From contig DASSFG010000305.1 in assembly GCA_035694685.1 (NCBI GenBank), positions 1 through 50,198 of the forward strand: a stretch of DNA of 50,198 bases, written 5' to 3'. Origin of the DNA: Pirellulales bacterium (GTDB lineage Bacteria; Planctomycetota; Planctomycetia; Pirellulales; JAICIG01). Under the pieces are notes generated by a model. That model saw only the letters and a list, made by a program, of their open reading frames with translations, did no database searches and was not told where the DNA came from. Every line of letters starts with the position of its first letter. Position 1 is the stretch's first letter. Made by a program: the position numbers and the translations under genes. Of the stretch, positions 8,803 through 16,121 are shown piece by piece.

Positions 8803-8864
8803 TCAGGCGGATGATAGCATGGTCGCAATTGCGGCGTTTTTCCAGTGGCCCACCGCAATTTTCG
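8803..8864 (-). promoter_or_regulatory. Conserved upstream leader/promoter block (paralogous copy of 7695-7754)
   Basis: About 60 nt are nearly identical to 7695-7754 at the same distance from the start codon. Confidence 0.4.
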
Positions 8865-9009
8865 TGGCTGGCCTGCGTAAAGACGGCATAGCAGACGGCG
8901 ATCCGGACAGTGCCCCGTCGTAACCGCGCTCGCGGCGTGATTCCATAGACCAGGGCAGTTGCCTTCGTTGTTCGGCACAACTCCGCAAACCCGTCGACTC
9001 GATTTTGAT

Positions 9010-9251
9010 AGCCGGCTTTAGCCGGGCTTGTCGCCCTTGCCGCCAGCTTTAGCTGGTGGTTGCCGGCACCGTCACGCTGTTGTCAGCCGGCTTTAGCCGG
9101 GCTTCTCGATGTGGCTTTAGCCCTTGGTCGGCGTTCAATGGCTAAAGCCGGGCCGAGAAGCCCGGCTAAAGCCGGCTCAAAGTTTCATAAACTTCCGCAG
9201 ACCACCAGCTAAAGCTGGTGGCAGACCAAAAAAAGCCGGCTAAAGCCGGCT
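9010..9251. repeat. Palindromic repeat family C array (GCCGGCTTTAGCCGG / CCAGCTTTAGCTGG units) forming a nested ~240-bp inverted repeat
   Basis: Four units with CTTTAG orientation (9011-9120) are mirrored by units with CTAAAG orientation (9140-9251). For example, CAGCCGGCTTTAGCCGGGCTTCTCG pairs with CGAGAAGCCCGGCTAAAGCCGGCT. Confidence 0.9.
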
Positions 9252-9308
9252 CATGCCCTGAACATTCCCGACCATTTTACACCACTGCCACCAAGGATTA
9301 TCGAAGCA

Positions 9309-10169
9309 CTACCTCGAGAAGCACAGCAGTGCGAAACTGCAGGCGTTGATGCAAAAGTGCAGCGTGATGCACGGCACCAGGCGATGCGTGCGCTGGTAGA
9401 GATAGCCTAACGCCAAGGAGAGAAAAAATAGCGGTATGGGCGCCGCTCCCTGCCCAAGGTGCAAGGCGGCAAACATCAGGGAAGCCACCACGATCGCGCC
9501 CGGCCACGGTCGGTGTTCAAGCGTGCCCGCCTCGGACAGCGGCATTTCAAACGGCGAGAGCAGCGTTTCCAACCAGCCTTGCAGCAACGCGCGAAAAAAA
9601 AACTCCTCGGCAATCGGGGCCACGACCACCGCCGATAGGCCACCCAGCAGGTAGAGCAACGGCGAGGGATGCTTCTGTAGAATCTCGATGATGGGATGCT
9701 GTTCCTCCACGAACTGTGAAAGAAATGCTTGCAAGCCATAGACCGGTGCGGCGACTGCCGCAAAGGCGACCAGCCCCAGGCGTACGTCAGCCAGCGGATA
9801 ATCACTGCGCCAGCCAAGATCCTCGGCCGTGACCTGCGCCCGGATCGAAAGCCAAACGACGGCGAAGCCGCAAGCCAAAAGGCTCGCCACCATGCCGATA
9901 GCCAAGGCCGCCGTGAACTGTTCAGCGCTGTCTGTGCCGCCTCCAGAAAGGCCGGGCATCCACATCGCCACGAGAAACTGGCAGGCGACATGCGATAACA
10001 GATAGACAAGCGCGACGAAGAGCACGTCGATGCCCTTCCACGGCGCCGGGCGGCGAGGTGTCAGCGGCAAACTGGGCAGCCCTTTGCGCCAACGCCTGGC
10101 GATGGCCGTCCAGGCCGCCACGCTCAGCGCCGTTAGCAGGGCCGCCAGCACGATCGTGGGGCCGTCCAT
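9309..10169 (-). CDS. CPBP-family intramembrane glutamic endopeptidase (CAAX protease / Abi domain)
   Basis: 286 aa and multi-TM. It carries motif 1 VVAPIAEEFFFRALLQGWL and motif 2 ASLMFAALHLGQG. Confidence 0.85.
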   Translation of the reverse strand: MDGPTIVLAALLTALSVAAWTAIARRWRKGLPSLPLTPRRPAPWKGIDVLFVALVYLLSHVACQFLVAMWMPGLSGGGTDSAEQFTAALAIGMVASLLACGFAVVWLSIRAQVTAEDLGWRSDYPLADVRLGLVAFAAVAAPVYGLQAFLSQFVEEQHPIIEILQKHPSPLLYLLGGLSAVVVAPIAEEFFFRALLQGWLETLLSPFEMPLSEAGTLEHRPWPGAIVVASLMFAALHLGQGAAPIPLFFLSLALGYLYQRTHRLVPCITLHFCINACSFALLCFSR

Positions 10170-10172
10170 AAG

Positions 10173-11432
10173 TTACTTGGCGGCCGTCGCATCCAAGCGC
10201 CGGCCAATGCAGTACAGCGCACGATCGCTGCGCAAGAAGAGTTGCCCTTCGCAGGGTGCGGGAGACGCGCGAAATACCTCGTCGCCTTCCGCATTGATCT
10301 TGTTGCGCGCCACCGCCTCGAAACGCGGTCCCGGCTTGACCACCAGCACGCTGCCGTCTTCGCTGAGAAAATAAGCCAGCCCCACGGCCGCCATCGGCGA
10401 CGCCGAAAAGTTGCCGCCAAGACGTTCTTGCCAAAGCACCTCGCCGTTGGAGGCCTGGTAGCATGTGGCCAGCCCCTCCATGCTGGTAACCAGGAGGTAC
10501 GGGTCAATCATGATCGGCGAGGGCAAATCGCGGCGGGACTTGCGCGGCGTGTGCCATGCCATCCGGGTTTTGGTGACATCGCCTTTGCCTCCCGGCTTAA
10601 CGGCATAGATGTCGCCGGCCAAGCCGTTCACGAGGTAAACGAGGCCACCGCCGGGCGTCGCAGTCGGCTCGCCGCGCCCGTTGAAACTGGCGCAGAACCA
10701 AAGCTGCTCGACCGAGGCTGGCTCGTAAGCCGTCACCCCTTCGTGACCGTTGAGCACCAATTCCTGCCGGCCGTCGACGTTGAGCAGAATGGGCGTGCTC
10801 CAGCCGCGATGATCGGGCCGCTTGACGCGCCACACCGTCTTGCCGGTTTGCTTATCGTAGGCGGCCAAAAAGGCGTCGCTGTCCGCATCGCCGTTTTGAA
10901 TCACCAGGCCACCAACGAGCACTGGCGACGCGCCCACTCCCCAAGGGTTGTCGAACGTGCCGAGATCGTTCGACCAAAGGAGCTCCCCGTCGAGCGAAAA
11001 CGCGTGCAATCCCGCACGGCCGAAGAAGGCGATCACTACTTCGCCGTCGGTCACGCAAGTCGGCGAGGCGAAAGTATTCATTTTGTGCAGTTCTTCCGGC
11101 TGCCCGTCGAACTCAATCGTCTGTTTCCAAAGCAGGCGGCCATCGCGGCGATCGAGGCAGAGTACGCTGCGCTGGCGGCCGCCGTTTTCGGCGGCGGTCA
11201 AGAAAATCTTCTCGTCCCAGATGACCGGCGACGACTCCCCGACGCCCGGCAGCGGCGTTTTCCAAGCGACGTCGTCATCGTCCCATTTGACCGGCAGCTC
11301 GGCTTCGGCCGAATGTCCATCGCCATTGGGCCCGCGCCACCGCGGCCAGCGCGTTTCCGCCTGCGCGGCCATCGCCAAAGAGGTCACGGTCAGCAGAGAG
11401 AAAATTGTCACGACCTTGCGGGAAGCGACCAC
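10173..11432 (-). CDS. Secreted PQQ-like (BamB-like) beta-propeller repeat protein
   Basis: 419 aa. There is a signal peptide (...TSLAMAAQA), then RWPRWRGPNGDGHS and repeated ...G.L.W...-type blades. Its stop lies 3 nt upstream of the CPBP gene start. Confidence 0.8.
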   Translation of the reverse strand: MVASRKVVTIFSLLTVTSLAMAAQAETRWPRWRGPNGDGHSAEAELPVKWDDDDVAWKTPLPGVGESSPVIWDEKIFLTAAENGGRQRSVLCLDRRDGRLLWKQTIEFDGQPEELHKMNTFASPTCVTDGEVVIAFFGRAGLHAFSLDGELLWSNDLGTFDNPWGVGASPVLVGGLVIQNGDADSDAFLAAYDKQTGKTVWRVKRPDHRGWSTPILLNVDGRQELVLNGHEGVTAYEPASVEQLWFCASFNGRGEPTATPGGGLVYLVNGLAGDIYAVKPGGKGDVTKTRMAWHTPRKSRRDLPSPIMIDPYLLVTSMEGLATCYQASNGEVLWQERLGGNFSASPMAAVGLAYFLSEDGSVLVVKPGPRFEAVARNKINAEGDEVFRASPAPCEGQLFLRSDRALYCIGRRLDATAAK

Positions 11433-11534
11433 GATGGGTTCTCCGTGTGGGAAGACTTTTGGGATCTAGATCAAAGCGAGTCGTCCAATATGGTAACGCC
11501 GGAAGGTGCCGGTAGGCAAACGGCGAGCGTCATC

Positions 11535-11752
11535 GTAGGGTGGGACAAGCAAGGGGAACGAGCGCCGGCTCGCCATCCCGGAATGTCGAATGACGAATGA
11601 CGAATGACGAAAGAATGACGAAATCCGAATGACGAATGCCTCTGAGCTTGGCCATTCTGGCTTAGTCATTCGGGCTTCTTTCGTCGTTCGTCATTAGACA
11701 TTCGTCATTTCCTGGTGGGCCGGCGCTCGCAAGCTCGCTTGTCCCACCCTAC
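11535..11752. repeat. Composite nested palindrome: family A-like termini enclosing family B (GAATGACGAA) repeats
   Basis: The left arm is GTAGGGTGGGACAAGC...GAGCGCCGGC...(AATGACGAATGACGAATGACGAAAGAATGACG). It is mirrored on the right by ...CGTCATT units...GCCGGCGCTC...GCTTGTCCCACCCTAC. The centre lies near 11640-11650. Confidence 0.9.
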
Positions 11753-11802
11753 ACGAGCAACACCACTTTACCCGCTCTTGTACAGCATTCCATTTCCCAC
11801 GT

Positions 11803-12858
11803 TCAAGACGGAACGAATTCCGTTCCACGGCCGTCAATTGGCTCCTTGTAGGCGGCGCCCGGCGTTTCGCGCACGTAGCGCGGCACCGCATAGCCGGGCA
11901 AACGTCGCCGTAACTCGGCCGTGATTTCGCGGCCGGCCGACTCCGGGACCTCGAAATGCGCCGCTCCCCTGACGCGGTCCAACTGGTGTAGATAGTATGG
12001 CATCACGCGCAACTCGACCAGCCGGCGGCAAAGCTCGACGAGCACGTCGGCATTATCGTTGATGCGCCGCAACAGCACCGCTTGATTAAGAAGCACGACG
12101 CCCCGATCGGCCAACTGCGAGAGGGCCGCGGCCACCTCCGAGCAAAGCTCCGCCGGGTGATTCGCGTGAACGACCACGATCGGCGTCAGCCGCGTTCCGC
12201 AAAGCCAATCCAGTAGCTCCGGGCATACTCGTTCGGGCAGCACGATCGGCAACCGAGTGTGAATTCGCAGCCGGCGAACGTGCGGAATCTCACCAATCTG
12301 CCCGACCAACTGAGCGAGCCAGGCGTCGACGAGCGTGAGCGGATCGCCGCCGCTGAGAATGACCTCTTCGATCGTCGGATCGGCCGCGATCTGATCGAGT
12401 GCCGGCTGCCAGGCCGTCAGCGAATGGGGCCCGTCGGAATAAGGAAAGTGGCGACGGAAGCAATAGCGGCAGTGAACGGCGCAGGCCCCGGTTGTCACCA
12501 AGAGCACGCGTCCGTAATACTTATGGAGCAAGCCGGGGGCGGTTTCCGCCTGACGATCGCCCACCGGGTCGGCCACGAAGTGCGGTGCCTCGCTCAATTC
12601 GTCGCTGAGCGGCAGCACTTGCAGCAGCAGCGGGTCGAGCGGATCGCCCGGCCGCATGCGGGAGACAAAACCTCGCGGCGCGAAGAGCGGAAAGTCGCGG
12701 GCGGCGCGACGGGCCGAAGCGATGTAATGCTCCGGCAGCCGCAGCAGGCGGCAAAGCTCGGCGGGATCCCGGACAGCCTCCTTCAGCGAGCTCTGCCAGC
12801 AGGGGGGCTTTTTTTCGATTTCCGCGCCGACAGGCGGCGGGGGGGCCGGTATAATCAA
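11803..12858 (-). CDS. epmB: EF-P beta-lysylation protein EpmB (lysine 2,3-aminomutase-like radical SAM)
   Basis: 351 aa. LHKYYGRVLLVTTGACAVHCRYCFRRHFPY carries the CxxxCxxC radical-SAM cluster of KamA/YjeK. The gene is divergent from efp. Confidence 0.9.
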   Translation of the reverse strand: MIIPAPPPPVGAEIEKKPPCWQSSLKEAVRDPAELCRLLRLPEHYIASARRAARDFPLFAPRGFVSRMRPGDPLDPLLLQVLPLSDELSEAPHFVADPVGDRQAETAPGLLHKYYGRVLLVTTGACAVHCRYCFRRHFPYSDGPHSLTAWQPALDQIAADPTIEEVILSGGDPLTLVDAWLAQLVGQIGEIPHVRRLRIHTRLPIVLPERVCPELLDWLCGTRLTPIVVVHANHPAELCSEVAAALSQLADRGVVLLNQAVLLRRINDNADVLVELCRRLVELRVMPYYLHQLDRVRGAAHFEVPESAGREITAELRRRLPGYAVPRYVRETPGAAYKEPIDGRGTEFVPS

Positions 12859-12905
12859 GGATTCGTTCCGTATGGATTGACGTTTGGGAGACTAGGAAAC
12901 CGATC

Positions 12906-13475
12906 GTGCCCAGTTACAACACTAGCGAATTTAAGAAGGGATTGAAGGTCCAAATCGACGGCGATCCCTATATGATGATCGAGTGCAACTTTGTGAAGCC
13001 CGGCAAAGGCAATGCCCTTTATAAGTGCAAGCTGCGCAACCTCCTGCGCAACACCGTGCTCGAACGCACCTACAAAGGCGGCGACTCGCTCGAAGCCGCC
13101 GACGTGGCCGAAATTGCCGCCCAGTATCTTTACCGCCAGGGCGACGCCTTCGTGTTCATGGACAACTCCAGCTACGAGCAATACGAGCTGAACGCCGACC
13201 AGGTCGACGATGCCTGGAAGTATCTCAAAGAGGGGATGGTCTGCAACATGGTGTTGTTCAACAACAACCCCATTTCCGTGACCCCGCCCAACCACGTGGT
13301 GCTGCGAATCGAATACTGCGAGCCGGCAGTGCGCGGCAATACCGCCACCAACCTGACCAAGCCGGTCAAGCTCGAGACAGGCGCCGAAATGGTCTGCCCC
13401 GCGTTTGTCGACATCGGCGACCTGATCAAAATCGACACCCGCACAGGCGAGTATCTCGAACGGGCCAAGGAGTGA
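12906..13475 (+). CDS. efp: Translation elongation factor P
   Basis: 189 aa with a GTG start. SEFKKGLKVQIDGDPYMMIECNFVKPGKGNALYKCKLRNL contains the KPGKG loop with the modifiable Lys. Confidence 0.95.
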   Translation: MPSYNTSEFKKGLKVQIDGDPYMMIECNFVKPGKGNALYKCKLRNLLRNTVLERTYKGGDSLEAADVAEIAAQYLYRQGDAFVFMDNSSYEQYELNADQVDDAWKYLKEGMVCNMVLFNNNPISVTPPNHVVLRIEYCEPAVRGNTATNLTKPVKLETGAEMVCPAFVDIGDLIKIDTRTGEYLERAKE

Positions 13476-14434
13476 GCTGGCGTCCGACCGCGACCTGGGA
13501 AATGCTTCGCTTGCGTGACGAGTTGCTGCGCAAGCTGCGCGCCTTCTTTCACGAGCGCGGATTTGTCGAGATCGAGACGCCGCTACTCTCGGCCGACGTG
13601 GTGGTCGATCGCCATTTGGAACCCTTTGCCGTCGATATGCCGTGCGGCGGCACGTCGCGTCGGATGTGGCTGCAAACGTCGCCCGAATTCGCCATGAAGC
13701 GGCTCTTGGCGGCGGGCAGCGGCCCGATCTTTCAAGTGACGCACGCTTTTCGCCAGTCCGAGCGGGGGCCGCGGCACAATCCCGAGTTCACGATGGTCGA
13801 ATGGTACCGCCCCGGCGACAACATGGCTGCGGGCGTACAATTGCTCAGCGAACTGGGCGACGCACTGCTCGGCCGCGGTCTCGCCGAAACGATGACCTAC
13901 CAAGCGGCTTTTAGGCAATACACCGGCATCGATCCGCATGCTGCCACTGCGCCGGCTTTGCGCGAGGTAGCGAACCAACGCGGCGGGGAGGTGCCCGACT
14001 CCATGACGAGCGACGATCGCGACGCATGGCTCGACCTGCTCCTGGTGGAGCTAGTCGAACCGAATTTAGGCCTCGGCAAACCGGTGATCCTTTACGATTA
14101 TCCGGCCAGTCAGGCTGCCTTAGCCAAAGTCCGCCCCGGCCCGCCCGCCGTGGCCGAACGATTTGAGCTTTACGTGGATGGCATCGAGTTGGCGAACGGA
14201 TATCACGAACTGCTCGACGCGGGAATCTTGCGCGAGCGCAACCGCGAGAACAATCGCCACCGCCGTGCCCAAGGTCAGGCCCCCTTGCCGGAAGAAAGCC
14301 GCTTACTGGCCGCAATGGAGGCCGGTTTGCCGGCATGTGCCGGCGTCGCGATGGGTTTCGACCGCGTGGTCATGCTCGTTGCCGGCGCGAGCGACATCGC
14401 CGAGGTTCTTCCCTTCCCCTTCGACCGCGCGTAG
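13472..14434 (+). CDS. epmA: EF-P-(R)-beta-lysine ligase EpmA (PoxA/GenX, truncated class II LysRS paralogue)
   Basis: The GTG at 13472 overlaps the efp stop (GTGA). VSWRPTATWEMLRLRDELLRKLRAFFHERGFVEIETPLLS parallels the E. coli EpmA N-terminus, and class II motifs are present (RHNPEFTMVEWY, GVAMGFDRVVML). The upstream part of ORF 13025..14434 is the efp shadow frame. Confidence 0.9.
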   Translation: MSWRPTATWEMLRLRDELLRKLRAFFHERGFVEIETPLLSADVVVDRHLEPFAVDMPCGGTSRRMWLQTSPEFAMKRLLAAGSGPIFQVTHAFRQSERGPRHNPEFTMVEWYRPGDNMAAGVQLLSELGDALLGRGLAETMTYQAAFRQYTGIDPHAATAPALREVANQRGGEVPDSMTSDDRDAWLDLLLVELVEPNLGLGKPVILYDYPASQAALAKVRPGPPAVAERFELYVDGIELANGYHELLDAGILRERNRENNRHRRAQGQAPLPEESRLLAAMEAGLPACAGVAMGFDRVVMLVAGASDIAEVLPFPFDRA

Positions 14435-14545
14435 GGCGCCGATTGACGTGCCAGGATCAAGCTTCTTTACACCGGCAGCTAGGGCACGTAAGCTCGGCGT
14501 CGTGTGCGTTCATTTTCTTGGAAAGACGAAAGGGAGCTGACAACC

Positions 14546-14989
14546 ATGCCAGGGCGACGACCTGCGAGCAATTGCCTTACTGCCAAGAGGGCCTTTTATT
14601 GCGCAGCTCTTCTAGGAGTCGTGTTGGCCGTTGCCGGTTGCGGTCGCAGCGACTCACCATCGCCGGCAAACCCTCCTGGTCCGGTTCAAGGTCAGGTGAT
14701 TCAGGGCCAGGTGACCAAAGCTCCCTCGCTGGTGGAAGCGAGACAGGGTTTCAAGACGGTCGTCCGGCCCGCGAGCGGCGAGAAGGAGCCTGTTCCCGAA
14801 CCGCCTCCAGAAGTATTCACCAAAGTCACCTATGAATCACTCTATTCGAAACTTGTGAATCGTCGTCTGGCGATAGGTCTCGCCAGGCTGCAAAAGCACC
14901 GAGGGGAAGGTCGGCTGGTTGACGGCGTCGGGATAGTGCTCGGCTTCGAGACAGAAGGCGTGGTGCTGCTTGTACACCGCCCCGCGTGA
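14546..14989 (+). CDS. Putative lipoprotein, probably a 5' remnant of a longer gene (the 3' part overlaps galM antisense)
   Basis: A GGGAG Shine-Dalgarno precedes the ATG at 14546, and the lipobox is LLGVVLAVAGC. Protein-like sequence runs to ...PEPPPEVFTKVTYE, which ends exactly at the galM stop codon (14837-14839). The remaining 50 codons lie antisense to galM. Confidence 0.35.
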   Translation: MPGRRPASNCLTAKRAFYCAALLGVVLAVAGCGRSDSPSPANPPGPVQGQVIQGQVTKAPSLVEARQGFKTVVRPASGEKEPVPEPPPEVFTKVTYESLYSKLVNRRLAIGLARLQKHRGEGRLVDGVGIVLGFETEGVVLLVHRPA

Positions 14990-15958
14990 TTCAAGCGAGC
15001 CGTCCAGGAAATTGCCGGTATAAAGCTGAATGGCAGGTTCCGTGGTGAAGATCTCCATCACGCGTCCGCTGGTTGGTTCCTTCACTCGTGCAGCCAGCGT
15101 CAGTTTGCCAGGCGAGTGCTGATTGAGCACGTAGCAATGGTCATAGCCATTCGGCTCGCCGGGCACCTGAGCAATTCGCTCACCGATGGCCTTCGGCATG
15201 GTGAAATCCATTGGCGTGCCCCGCACGCTTTTCAGCTCGCCCGTTGGGATCAGGTTGGCATCGACCGGCAGATAACGATCGGCATTGAGCGTTAAGACGT
15301 GGCCCAGCACGTCGCTCTTGCCGCCGTCGGCCAGGTTCCAATAGGTGTGGTTCGTTAGGTTAATGGGTGTGGTCTTGTCGGTAGTGGCGGTATAGTCGAT
15401 GCGCAGCTCATTGTCGTCGGTCAACGTATAGACCACGGTCACCGACAGCTTGCCGGGATAGCCTTCATCGCCATCGGGACTGACGTGTGTCAGCTTTACG
15501 CCGGCGCCGCCGTCGAGCGGCTCGGCCTTCCAAGGAGCTTTGTCGAAGCCCTTGACGCCGCCGTGCAGATGATTGGGGCCGTTATTGGTGGCGAGCTGAT
15601 ATTCGGCGCCATCGATCGTGAATCGGCCTTTGGCAATGCGATTGGCGAAGCGCCCGACCGTGGCGCCGAAATAGGGATGCCCCATCAGGTACGGTTCCAA
15701 TGAGTCGAAGCCGAGCGTGACCTCGCCCCGCTTGCCCTGGCGATCACGCATCTCGAATGAAGTGAGAATGGCGCCGTAGGTGATGATTTTGGCCGTGATG
15801 CCGCCGCCGTTCGACAGCGTATACTGCTCGACTTCGCGCCCGTCGGGCAGCTTGCCAAACGTCGACTTCTCGACCGGCATGTTTTCCTCCGCCGCAGCCG
15901 ATCGGCTGCCAGAAATCACAAGTGTGAGTAATACTGCAACCGCTAGAAATGCACGCAT
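14837..15958 (-). CDS. galM: Aldose 1-epimerase (galactose mutarotase), secreted
   Basis: 373 aa with a signal peptide. GATVGRFANRIAKGRFTIDGAEYQLATNNGPNHLHGG and the HTYWNL and FCLE motifs are diagnostic for mutarotases. Confidence 0.9.
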   Translation of the reverse strand: MRAFLAVAVLLTLVISGSRSAAAEENMPVEKSTFGKLPDGREVEQYTLSNGGGITAKIITYGAILTSFEMRDRQGKRGEVTLGFDSLEPYLMGHPYFGATVGRFANRIAKGRFTIDGAEYQLATNNGPNHLHGGVKGFDKAPWKAEPLDGGAGVKLTHVSPDGDEGYPGKLSVTVVYTLTDDNELRIDYTATTDKTTPINLTNHTYWNLADGGKSDVLGHVLTLNADRYLPVDANLIPTGELKSVRGTPMDFTMPKAIGERIAQVPGEPNGYDHCYVLNQHSPGKLTLAARVKEPTSGRVMEIFTTEPAIQLYTGNFLDGSLESRGAVYKQHHAFCLEAEHYPDAVNQPTFPSVLLQPGETYRQTTIHKFRIE

Positions 15959-16040
15959 GGGTGTCGCTCCTGTGGATTGTCACGAGTGTAGTTGCGAGCG
16001 ACGGGCGAAACAAGGCAGACGAGCGGAGTGCCGCGCCTTC

Positions 16041-16121
16041 GTTTAACCGCAGGCGGGTACCCTCTGGGTGCGGCCCGCGCGGGGGCGATCCTCGCGCGGG
16101 CCGCTGGCCCTGCGGTTAAAC
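16041..16121. terminator. Nested hairpin bracketed by GTTTAACCGCAGG / CCTGCGGTTAAAC, overlapping the pyrK-like stop codon
   Basis: A 13-bp outer stem (16041-16053 / 16109-16121) encloses an inner GGCCCGCGCG...CGCGCGGGCC hairpin. It lies between the pyrK-like gene and galM. Confidence 0.4.

Noticed and set aside
9010-9251. Possible CRISPR array
   Set aside because: The units are short self-complementary hairpins present in both orientations with irregular spacing, forming one large inverted repeat. There is no repeat-spacer periodicity and no cas genes.
10242-11600. 452-aa plus-strand ORF
   Set aside because: It is antisense to the PQQ-propeller gene, which has a signal peptide and repeat blades, and it runs on into the palindromic repeat. 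Judged a shadow ORF.
13025-13471. Upstream 149 codons of ORF 13025..14434
   Set aside because: This is an alternative frame of efp. EpmA homology begins at VSWRPTATW, encoded from GTG 13472.
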